DNA of 64,000 nucleotides, from positions 1 to 64,000 of the forward strand of contig JBLWGC010000201.1 of NCBI GenBank assembly GCA_048772705.1, in the 5' to 3' direction. A program made the translations under genes and the position numbers. A model generated the notes under the pieces. That model saw only the letters and a program-made list of their open reading frames with translations, was not told the DNA's origin and did not search any database. Of the stretch, positions 23,583 through 33,888 are shown in pieces. Origin of the DNA: Leidyana gryllorum EB-2025a. Lineage: Eukaryota; Protista; Apicomplexa. Within the stretch, counting starts at the first letter, position 1, and the number at the start of each line of letters is the position of its first letter.

Positions 23583-24690
23583 GAAGACAGTTTAAAAAGT
23601 GTTCATCCTATGTTGAGAACCAACAAATGCGATGGGGTCTGCACCACGGGCGACTAGCTCAAATGGTAGAGCGCTCGCTTAGCATGCGAGAGGTACTGGG
23701 ATCGATGCCCAGGTCGTCCAAAGTACGTACGGCTGCACGTGGCCGCAGTCAGACCCATCGCTACCATCTTTGAAGAGTCGCGAACCACAAGTGCCATTGG
23801 GAGAGCACCGCACTCAATGTCTAGGGTGCATCTGAAGCCGGTTCTCTTAGGTTCCGGACCTGCGAGTTTCTCATCAAAAGCCACACGCTCTGCCGACTGA
23901 GCTACAAGACCCCTTACAATGTTTCTGAGCTTAGTGGAGAGACCCTCCACTTTCTACTGCAACCCCTTTGTTGTAGGTTGACCCGACGGACCACCTCTTG
24001 TTAAGAGAGTACGGTTCTCATCCGAAACCTCAATTGGGGAACTTGCCCACTGTAGTCTAAGTGGCTAGGACAACCGCCTCTCACTCGCACGATCCGGGTT
24101 CAAGTCCCGGCAGTGGAAGTCCTTGGACTACTCGAGCAAAGTGGTCCAGTAATCTCCGTCATTAGAGACTGTTTCGTGATCTTCGGCTTGCATTGCCTTC
24201 TTAGCTTAGGAGCAGAGCATTCGCTTAGTAAGCGAAAGGTCGCCGGTTCGATTCCGGCAGAAGGCTTTGCTCACGAGCCGATCTATTCTAAATGTTTCCC
24301 TTTTGCGCACACTTAGCAATGAGTCGTTTCGATCGAGTGACCTTTGGGTTACGAGCCCAACACTCTTCCACTGAGCTACACTGCTCGGTCTGGAACATGG
24401 AAGAGGGAGCCGAAATGCAATTCTTGAGATGCTGACGAGGTGGCTGTGTTAGTTTTAAAAACTGCTTATCCCATCGGGTCAACCGACAACCAAGAGGGCT
24501 GTTCTGGAAATCGAACCCAGGACTCCTTCCACCCTCAGGAAGGATCATCCCACTAGACCAAACTGCCGCCTATCGGTCGTGCAACCCGCTAGGTACACTC
24601 GAGAGAGTGGTCATACTATGTGAAGTACCACTAAATGCGATGGGGTCTGCACAGCGGGGGACTAGCTCAGGTGAAGCGCTCGCTTAGCGT
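23583..24690. repeat. Inverted copy of tRNA cassette ~760-1870
   Basis: Mirror ORFs 1137-1340(-) vs 24113-24316(+); spacers conserved. Confidence 0.9.
24314..24385 (-). pseudogene. tRNA-iMet-body copy with CGT anticodon
   Basis: Twin of 1067-1139; one T-stem mismatch. Confidence 0.7.
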
Positions 24691-25262
24691 GCGAGAGCTA
24701 GTGGGATCAATGCCCAGGTCGTCCAAAGTTTGCAGTGCTGCAATTGGCGCTATTTGACTACAGAGTTGTGAGCTTTGAAGGTGCCCTCTAGCCCTTGGAT
24801 AGACGTGGGCACCGCAGTATGTGTGAAGGTTGCCTCAGAGACCGGGTCTCCGGGTTTGTATTTTACAACCACACGCTCTGTCGACTGAAGTACAAGAGCC
24901 AGTTACAATATCTCAGAGGTTAGTAGAGATACGCGTGTTGCGTGTTGAGGGCTAGTCCGGATGCTCTACCAACTCTTTTTTGTGAAGGAGTGAATGGGTT
25001 GCGTGGTGTAGTGGTTAGCACTGGAGACTCTTAATCTCCCGACCTGGTTCGATCTCCGGCGCGACCTTGGAACTGATCCTCACTACTCCCTGAAACTTCG
25101 CGACTTCTTTTGGGCTGCGGGAACCATGCGTGTAGCCATGGTCTAGTGGTTACGACGTCTGTTTCACACGCAGAAGGTCCCGAGTTCAATCCTCGGTGGC
25201 TGTAGCTCGCAACTTCCAGCGGCAACCAAAAGAGACAATCTTAAGCGGAATCAACTGTGCTC

Positions 25263-25575
25263 CAAAACCGGGCATCGAGTCCGGGTCTTCCGCGTGACAG
25301 GCGGAAGTACTAACCACTCTACTATCTCGGACGCTTGCAAACACGCCGCCATTCAGCCTCAGACGTCTTACCAGTTTCGAGATTCCATGGACAAAAACCG
25401 CGTGGAGCGGCAAGCCAAAAACCGGGCATCGAGTCCGGGTCTTCCGCGTGACAGGCGGAAGTACTAACCACTCTACTATCTCGGACGCTTGCAAACACGC
25501 CGCCATTCAGCCTCAGACGTCTTACCAGTTTCGAGATTCCATGGACAAAAACCGCGTGGAGCGGCAAGCCAAAAA
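25263..25575. repeat. Tandem duplication (~153-bp unit) containing tRNA-Asp
   Basis: ccaaaaccgggcatcgag..cggcaagccaaaa occurs twice. Confidence 0.85.
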
Positions 25576-26881
25576 CACTGTGTTAAGGCCGTAGTCCGAA
25601 AGGGCGTGGGTTCGAATCCCACTCTTGTCAGCCGTTGTGTGGGCAGTCGGTCAGCCACTGCATCCAATAGGTCTTGTTGCAACCCCAAGTCGCTACTCAA
25701 GGGGAACGAGGCCCAGTTCTCATCTCTGCATACTTTCGACCACAAGTCAGACTTAGAACCAAGTTAGTATTTTTGCCGACAAGTCTACCACGAATATGTC
25801 GCACACGACGGCGCAAAACAAGAACTACGACTTGTTGTACCAAGTGCAAAAGTTATCTTAGGCCGCCTCTTGCCTAGTCCAACTCTGACTTAGCCAACTT
25901 TGCTTGCGTGTGTCTCTCGCTCTGGTGTCTCTCTCACTCTACCCATGTGCCAGTCGCTCGCACTCTTGCGGAGCCTCGCGCTGGACACACACGGTAGTTC
26001 TCCCCGACACCACACTCTGATCATTCATGTGAGTGTCTGCACAGTTACACTGTCGCAGAGAGCTCAGACCACTAGGGTGCATTTGCCTTTACGCTTTAGT
26101 AGTAGTTGCTTTACGTTCGTTAATAATGCCTTTCACCATCTTATACATGCCCCTATATAAGTGCCAAATATGTAGGGAAGTATCCAGATGGATGTTAGTT
26201 CGATTGGAAATTTCACCAAGTCGAATCTGGCCACCCGATAGGAAGTTGACCATCAGGCAAACACGAACTACAACAGGTCTTCAATGTAGTGCGCATGCTA
26301 GGCGAGCACTCTACCATTTGAGCTAGTTGTCCCTTGTGCACACTCCATCGCATTTGTTGGTTCTCAACATAGTATGTCTCAACTGTCCTCAGCGGGTTGC
26401 ACGACCAACAGGCGGCCTAGTGGTATGATCCTTCCTTAGGGTGGAAGGAGTCCTGGGTTCAATTCCCAGAACAGCCCTCTTGGTTGTCGGTTGACCCGAT
26501 GGGATAAGCAGTTTTAGAAGTAAACAGCCACCTCGTTACCACTTCGGCACTCAAGGCAATTAACATCTCGAGGATCACATTTCGGCTACCTCTTCCATGT
26601 TGCAGACTGAGCAGTGTAGCTCAGTGGAAGAGTGTTAGGCTCATAACGCAAAGGTCCGTCGATCGAAACGACGCACTGCTAAGTGTGCGCAGAAGGGAAC
26701 AGTTATAGAATAGATTTTCTCGTGAGCATTCTCTGCCCCTAAGCTAAGAAGGCAATATCAGCTGGTAATCACGCATCAGTCACTATTAACGGAAGTTACT
26801 GGAGCACATTGTTCCACCAGTCAATCCTTCCACTGCTCCACCCAACGGCAAATAGGGTGTAACTAAGTTTAGAGCTTCCTT

Positions 26882-26954
26882 GCCGCCCTAGCTCAGTCGG
26901 TAGAGCGCAAGACTTTTAATCTTGCAGTCGCGGGTTCGAGCCCCGCGGGCGGTG
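26882..26954 (+). tRNA. tRNA-Lys(TTT)
   Basis: Lys body with ctTTTaa loop, intact. Confidence 0.9.
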
Positions 26955-27117
26955 CAAATCAATGTCTCTGGGAGTAGGAATGGAACCGTTGCCTACAACC
27001 ACACTCAGCTGGATTTCCACTGGCGGGACTTGAACCCGGATCGTGCGGGTGAGCCGCATATCCTAGTCAGTTAGACTACAGTGGACAAGCTCCCAAGATG
27101 ACCAAAGCTTGTCTATG

Positions 27118-27190
27118 GTGCGGTGGCCTAATGGATATGGCATCGGTCTTCGGAACCGGGAGTTGTGGGTTCGAGTCCCATCCGCATCAT
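27118..27190 (+). tRNA. tRNA-Arg(TCG)
   Basis: ggtgcggtggcctaatggat..ctTCGga..ggttcgagtcc. Confidence 0.85.
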
Positions 27191-27599
27191 AGCCTCGCAC
27201 GCGGAAGACGTTCCGTTTCGACCGAGGCAAGCTTGCTAGCTGTATGGGGGCCACTGCTGCGGATGTCGAGTTGAAGTGCTCGTGATATAATTCTCCTCCA
27301 CTTGGAGGAAGTGCTCAATTCGATTCCCGAACAGTCCGTTTTTTAGTAGGGTGCAGACAGCTCGACGCAGAAATCGCCCGAGTCTCTCGGGGTGCTGCGG
27401 CTCTTTCGCAATTGCACTTGTGTAAGAGTCAGGGCCGTCATCCTCTAGATTCGGCGTTACGGTTGTTTGTACCGGGGACCTCTGAGTGCGTTTCACCATC
27501 CTATTCTATCTCCCTGTTTTCCTGTCCGTGTGTCTGTGTCTGCCCGCCCTCCTAGGAAAACCGAGTGAGTGTGTGTGTGTGTGTACTTTACTGTGTACC

Positions 27600-30500
27600 T
27601 TACACTCCTCCCCGGTCAGTGAGGTCCCTTCCTGCGATCTCGTCTGTAGTGTAGTGCTGGTGAGGGGGATGTTTCTGATTCCATTTGACTCTGTAGTCTA
27701 TGACCAGGTCTTCTGCTTGTGCTTCTTTGATGGTCTTGAGTGTTTCCCAGGTGTTCTCGGTGTCGCTGTAGCCGCTCCATTTGACGAGCCACTCCTTTCC
27801 TCCTGGGGTTGCTTGGTCTCTCTCTCCTTGTACTGATTCCATCATGTAAATTGGGTCTGGTGTGGTCTCAGCTTCGCCGATGAATGCTTTCAACCGAGAG
27901 ACGTGGAAGCGTCTAAAGCATCTCCAGCCTTTGGGTAGGTCCAGCTCGTATACGTCTGCGTGCAGTTTCGCGAGTATCTTGTAGGGACCGCAGAAGGGAC
28001 GCCGTAACTTGTCTTGTGGTAGGCCTCTCAGGCCCTTCGTCTGCAGTAATGTGAGTTGCCCTACCTCGAACTGATGGTCGCGCCTTCTCTGGTCGTGTTG
28101 GGCTTTTTGGCGTCGCCAGCGGTGGTCATTCGGTCGCGCATGGTAGCTATCTTTTCTGTGTACAAGTGTAGGCTGGGGAGGGTTGGTGGGAGGTTGATCG
28201 TGATTGGGTGGCGAGGTATGAAACCGAGTTCGGCTTCGAACGGGCATATACCTGTTGACGCGTTCGGGGCGAGGTTGAACGCTATTTCGGTGCAGGTGAG
28301 GTACTGATACCAGTCGTCGGTCAGCTCGTTGCAGGCGGCTCTCAGGATTTGGATTATTGTTCGGTGCGACCGTTCGACGGCGCCGTTCGTTTCTGGGTGT
28401 TGGGTTGTACTCAGTGAGAGCTTGGTACCGCTTTGTGCCAGGAGGTGGGTCCATACGTCGGAAAGCCACCTTGGGTCTCTGTCGCCCACGATTCGGGCGG
28501 GAAAGCCTTTTTCCCTGACCACCCTTTTGAAGAGTAATTCGGCACAGTCTTCGGCCGAAGCGCTATGAGTACACGGTTCGAGTATGATTCTTTTGGTCAG
28601 GCGATCGATAGCTACGAAGAGGCAGTCGTAGCCGGTGCGTCGGTCGGGTGGAAGTGAGACGAGGTCTATTGAGATTGCTTCCCAGGGTAAGGTCGGTGGG
28701 GTGATGGGATTCAGTAGTCCGAGTGGGAGTTGGTTCGAGGCTTTGGAGGTCTGACAGGCGAGGCAGTGTCTGCAATAATCTCTGACGTCTTGGCTCATGC
28801 CCGGCCATGTGAATACCGCGGAAAGCTTCTGGAGGGTTCGGGTGTAGCCGAGGTGGCCTGCTAGGCGTGATGAGTGATACTCGAAGAGTGCTTCTTTCCG
28901 CAGTGGTCCTGGGGGTATTAGGATCCGGCCTTCTTCGTTAAACCATAGTCCTTCGTGTAGTGTGTAGTTCTGAGTTGGGTATGGGTTGAGGGTGGAAGCT
29001 TCCTTCAGCCTGTCGGTGAAGTTCATGGTCGGAGTCACCGCGAGCTGCTGGGTTGGGGTATCGGCGGTGTTCATGAGTACCTCTTTGAGTTTCGGGTAGG
29101 TGGTTTGTTCGCTTCTGCTCAAAAGGTCTGCGAGTAGATTCTCAGCTCCGGGTATGTAGTCGATCTTCGCGGGAAATTGGCTCATTTTGATTAGCCATCG
29201 AGTGATCTTGGGTTTGAGCTCCTTAAGTTCCAGGAGGGTGCTGAGGGGTTTGTGGTTGGTGCGTGCCAGAAACGGTTTGTTCATTAAATAGTACTTCCAT
29301 CTCTTGAACGCGCTGTATAGTGCGAATAGTTCGCGCTCATGGGTGGGCCACGTTTGTTCGCATGGAGAGAGTGTCTTGCTGAAGTGCTCGATCACTATCG
29401 TTTCTCCATCTTGGATTTGTTCCAAGGATGCTCCTATACCAGTGAGACTTGCGTCTGTTGTTACCTGAAACGGTTCATCGGGGTCCACGAGCCCGAGTTT
29501 CAGGTCGGGTCGGAAGGCTGCGGTGAGGTCGGACCATTGCCTTAATAATTCGGGCGTCCAGTCGATATTTTTGCTTGATTTTTTGTGTGTCCGTGTCAGT
29601 GCGTGGAGGTCGTTGGTAAGTTGGGCGAAGTTGGGTACGAACCGGGCGTAGTATGTCATTGCTCCTAGGTGTTTCTGGAGGTCGTGGACGGTGTGAGGTG
29701 GTCGGAGTTTGCGGAAGCAGTCCAGTCGTTGAGGTTCGGGTTTGAGGCCGTTGTGTGTGAGTGAGTGGCCGATGAATTCGACTTCTTTGATACAGAAGTG
29801 GGATTTGCGTGGGTGGATGTATAGTTGGTGTTCCTGGAGTGCCGAGAGGACTTTGTCGATGTGTTCCCGGTGCGTTTGTATATCTGTGCTATAGATCAAG
29901 ATGTCGTCGATGTAGGCGAAGACGAAGTGGCCGATATAGGGCTTGAGTATCTCGGTAATGAATGCGACGAATGCGCTTGGTGCGTTTTTCCGTCCGAAGA
30001 GCATTACGTTGTATTCGTACTTCCCTAGTGGTGTTTGGAAGGCTGTGAAATGTCGTGATCCTTCTTCTATGAGTATCTGGTGGAAGCCTGACTGGAGGTC
30101 CAGTTTTGTGAAGACTGTGGCTCCCCGCATCTTAATCAGCATTTCTTCGATCCGCGGGAGTGGGTACGCGTAGAATTCCGTTCGGGCGTTGAGTCGTCGG
30201 TAGTTGACCACTAGTCGGGGTACGGGGGTGTCTTTCTTTGGTACTAGAAAGCAAGGTGAGCCCCACGCCGACTTGGATGGTCGTATCATTCTTTTGGTGA
30301 GTAGACCCTCGATTTGTCGTTCTATCTCTTCGGAATCTGCTGATTTCAGGCTATATGGTTTGGCGCTGAACGGTTCCCCGGGTGTTGTTTTAATTTGGAA
30401 GTCGTGGAAACCTCTCGGTGGCGGGAGTCTTTGCGGCCTGGTGAAGAGCGTGGAGTATTTGTCAACGATCCATCCTTCCTCTGGCGGGATCTTGATGCAT

Positions 30501-31030
30501 AGTTGGTCTGGCTTGGGGTCTTGTTGAGTGGTACTGAGCATGCACTGTGCCGGGATAATGTGGTTCTCAACCACTACTGGGTGTCCGTGGGTGTTGGTGC
30601 CGACGGCGAGTCCTGCTTGGGCAAAGCTCGGTAGCCCGATCACTGCGTCTAATCCATTAAGGTTGATGACGTGTAGTGTTAGATTTAGTGCCTTTCTTCC
30701 CGTTGTGAGTATCGTGGCTTGGACTGTACCCGCTGAAGTTGTGCTTCCTACTCCTGTTATCTTTATCGCTTCGTGCTGGTCTGGTTGGAGTTGGAGCCTT
30801 CTAGCTATGTGTTCTCCCAGCAGGTTGATCTCTGCTCCGCTGTCGGCTAATGTCAGGATGGGAGTGAGCTTGTGGTCGTTCTGAATGTGCCACCTAACTA
30901 TTGCTCGTCGTTCTCTTCCATTCGTGTTGTTCGATAGCCACGCACTTGCTGTGGCTGTTGTCATTTCTCCCTTCGACTCGGGGCCTATTGTGCGGGTCGG
31001 GAGCGTTTCCGCGGCCTCTAGCGAAAATCC
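27600..31030 (-). pseudogene. pol: Element A pol (PR-RT-RH-IN-chromodomain), one frameshift ~28115
   Basis: DSG, YIDD, TDAS, GHLG..C..C, VKWSGY..NTWE motifs; ends GGV-stop. Confidence 0.9.
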
Positions 31031-31938
31031 TGAGTCAGCGTCGCTGCTTCGGTGATTCGCTCTTCCTCGTTCTCTCTTTCGCTGGCGAGGAAGGCTCGTC
31101 TCTGTGGTCCTGAGGGGTTTCTGGGGTGTTGTCGCCTCAGTGGGTACTGTGGTGTTATGTGTCCGGGTTTGCCGCATACGTAACAGAGTCCGTTCTTGCG
31201 GCAGTGGTCGCGTGTGTGTCGGTTGGTGGGTCCGGTCCATCCGGGATAGGATTGGTGGGTATGGCTCGGTCTCATCGTTGCTTCGCGTCCTGTGATCATC
31301 ACTCGTGTTGTTGGTTGTCGGTTTCGGCGCTGTGCTAGTTCGATGATGCATTGGGCCGCCTCCTCGAAGTCGCTCGGTTTTCTGGCGAGGAGTAGGGCCT
31401 GTTCGAAGTCTGGGGGTGCGTTTATGAAGATCTCCAAACAGTCGGAGTCGGTGAGGTTGTGTATGCCCCTTCGTAAATCCCGGGCTGTTCTGACGTATTC
31501 TTCGAGCCTCTCGGGGTGGGCCCGTAGGTTCAGGAACTGGGTGAGGTCAGTCTTTCCTGTGTCCGCAAACTCTCTGAGGAATTTCTCCTTGAAGTGTGGC
31601 CAGCTTGTCTCTCTGAGGCTATCACCGTTGCCTGGTCTATTCAGCCATTTGGTGGCGGATCCTTTCAGTCTGGCGCAGGCTATTCGGGTCTTGTCGGTTT
31701 CCTCTATCTGGAGGTTTCCGAATGCTGCTTCCAGTTCCTCGAGGTGTTGTCGTGGGTTTCCAGTGGCGTCGTAGCTGGCTACGAGTTGAGTGACCCATCT
31801 TATCCGCTTGAACAGGTGTTCGCAATTGTCGGTTCGTTGGAGTTTCGCACTGCTACCAGTGTAAGAGTCAGGGCCGTCATCCTCTAGATTCGGCGTTACG
31901 GTTGTTTGTACCGGGGACCTCTTAGTGCGTTTCACCAT
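31018..31938 (-). CDS. gag: Element A Gag
   Basis: 306 aa, L.G.A..W capsid motif, CYVCGKPGH knuckle, QDF near end. Confidence 0.9.
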   Translation of the reverse strand: MVKRTKRSPVQTTVTPNLEDDGPDSYTGSSAKLQRTDNCEHLFKRIRWVTQLVASYDATGNPRQHLEELEAAFGNLQIEETDKTRIACARLKGSATKWLNRPGNGDSLRETSWPHFKEKFLREFADTGKTDLTQFLNLRAHPERLEEYVRTARDLRRGIHNLTDSDCLEIFINAPPDFEQALLLARKPSDFEEAAQCIIELAQRRNRQPTTRVMITGREATMRPSHTHQSYPGWTGPTNRHTRDHCRKNGLCYVCGKPGHITPQYPLRRQHPRNPSGPQRRAFLASERENEEERITEAATLTQDFR

Positions 31939-32003
31939 CTTATTCTATCTCCCTGTTTTCCTGTCCGTGTGTCTGTGTCTGCCCGCCTCCTAGGAAAACC
32001 CGA

Positions 32004-32041
<38 letters not shown>

Positions 32042-32416
32042 TACAGTGTACCTTACACTAATTACCAGGTACGTGAAGACACTTCTCCTAACTGCTACCT
32101 TCTCCTCCCTCTCTATCTGTATCTCCTTCATCCTCCCTTACTGGACTCTGCTCTCCACCTCCCTCAGTAGCCCCGACCTTTCCTTCTGTAAGTCTGGGGT
32201 TCTTCTGGGGCCGGTGCCTTGGCAGTTCTCTTAGCCTTCAAGGCAAATGATCTGGGAAGTATACTGGGCCAGTTGGTTCGTCTGGTCATGGTAAATCCAG
32301 TTAACTAGTTGCGTGCGTGTGCTGTGTTTGTACCCACCGTGTCTCCGGCCGGGCGGTTAGTTACGTCATGCATATTAAAAGGGGTGGTTTCACAAGCTAT
32401 CTGAGAGGTGTAATCC

Positions 32417-33418
32417 TTACACTCCTCCCCTCGTCATTAGATCTTGACCTGATAGTTCTTCGTCTGTGAAAGGTACCCCCCGTTTCGTTCGATTCCACTC
32501 TTCTCTGTATGCAATGATGAGATCTAGCGCATCGGCGTCAAGTACGTTGTGGGCCGGTTCCCATGTGGCCTGCTCGTGTGGGTAATCTGTCCACTTTATG
32601 AGGAATCGTAGTCCATGTCGGTCGTTGCTCTGAGCCAGTACCTTCTCCATTTGGAATATCTCCCCTGCTTCCTCTTCTTCGCCGCCAGTGTATTTCTTGA
32701 GTCTGGATATATGGAACTTATTCAGGCCCTGCCAGGCTTGTGGCATCGCTAGCTCGTATACGTCGGTCTCTAATACTCGTTTCACTCTGACTGGTCCCAT
32801 GTACGCTTTCGTTAGTTTGTGTCGGGGTCCTCCCTTAAGTCCCTGGGTCCTGAGAAGGACTAGTTCTCCGACCTCGAACGATTCGTTGGCCCTGTGGCGG
32901 TCGTACGCGAGTTTCTGCTTGGACTGAGCCTGTCGGATGCGGTCCTGCATTATGCTGATCGACTGTGAGTGTAGCGTGAGTTCCGCGGTGGGCCCGGGGT
33001 CAAGTCCGAGATTGAGAGGGATCTTGGGGATGTATCCTCTCTCTCCGCTTCGAAAGGACTTATACCTGTTGACGCATTTGGCATTGCGTTGTACGCAAAT
33101 TCAATGTTTGGCGGGGCTAGTCGAGTGGTCCATCTGGGGCCCACGTCCTCGCACACACAACGAAGCATTTGGATGACAGTTCGGTGTCCCCTTTCCAGTA
33201 GCCCGTTAGTTGTTGAGGGTGTGCTGCAGTAGTGGCTTTCAGAGTGATCGCGGCTGATTCGCAAAGTTGCTTCCACAGCTCGTTGAGCCACCGCGAGTCC
33301 CTGTCACATACTATGACCGATGGGAATCCGTGTTCCCTAACGACTCTATTCATGAGTATGTTGGCGCAGTCTTTCGCCGTTGCGGTGATATAGCACGGCT
33401 CTAGGAGTAGTCTCCGCG

Positions 33419-33513
<95 letters not shown>

Positions 33514-33553
33514 CGGCGGGGCGGGGCGGGGCGGGCGGGGCGGGCGGGGCGGG

Positions 33554-33618
<65 letters not shown>

Positions 33619-33682
33619 CGGGCGGGCGGGCGGGCGGGGGGGGGGGGGGGGGGGGGGAGGGAGGGAGGGAGGGAGGGAGGGG

Positions 33683-33748
<66 letters not shown>

Positions 33749-33793
33749 GGGAGGGAGGGAGGGAGGGAGGGAGGGAGGGAGGGAGGGAGGGAG

Positions 33794-33888
<95 letters not shown>

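Larger units (their letters stand above)
760..27420. other. Dense cluster of eukaryotic nuclear tRNA genes and pseudogenes (interrupted by element G)
   Basis: Recurrent A-box (TRGYNNARTGG) and B-box (GGTTCGANTCC) cloverleafs every ~150 bp; A34 anticodons (AGC, ACG, AAT, AGG, AGA, AGT, AAC); no encoded CCA. Confidence 0.97.
27421..32057 (-). mobile_element. Element A: chromovirus-type Ty3/Gypsy LTR retrotransposon
   Basis: LTRs 27421-27604 and 31860-32057 (differ mainly in a GT microsatellite), PBS TGGTAGCAGTGCG, PPT GGGGAGGAG; no matching TSD. Confidence 0.95.

Noticed and set aside
760-27420. Many 60-200 aa ORFs in the tRNA array
   Set aside because: They are translations of tRNA genes and spacers, recurring with the duplications; no protein motifs.
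760-27420. CRISPR array or tRNA-derived SINE family
   Set aside because: Units are many different tRNAs with co-duplicated spacers; no constant repeat, cas genes, tails or TSDs.
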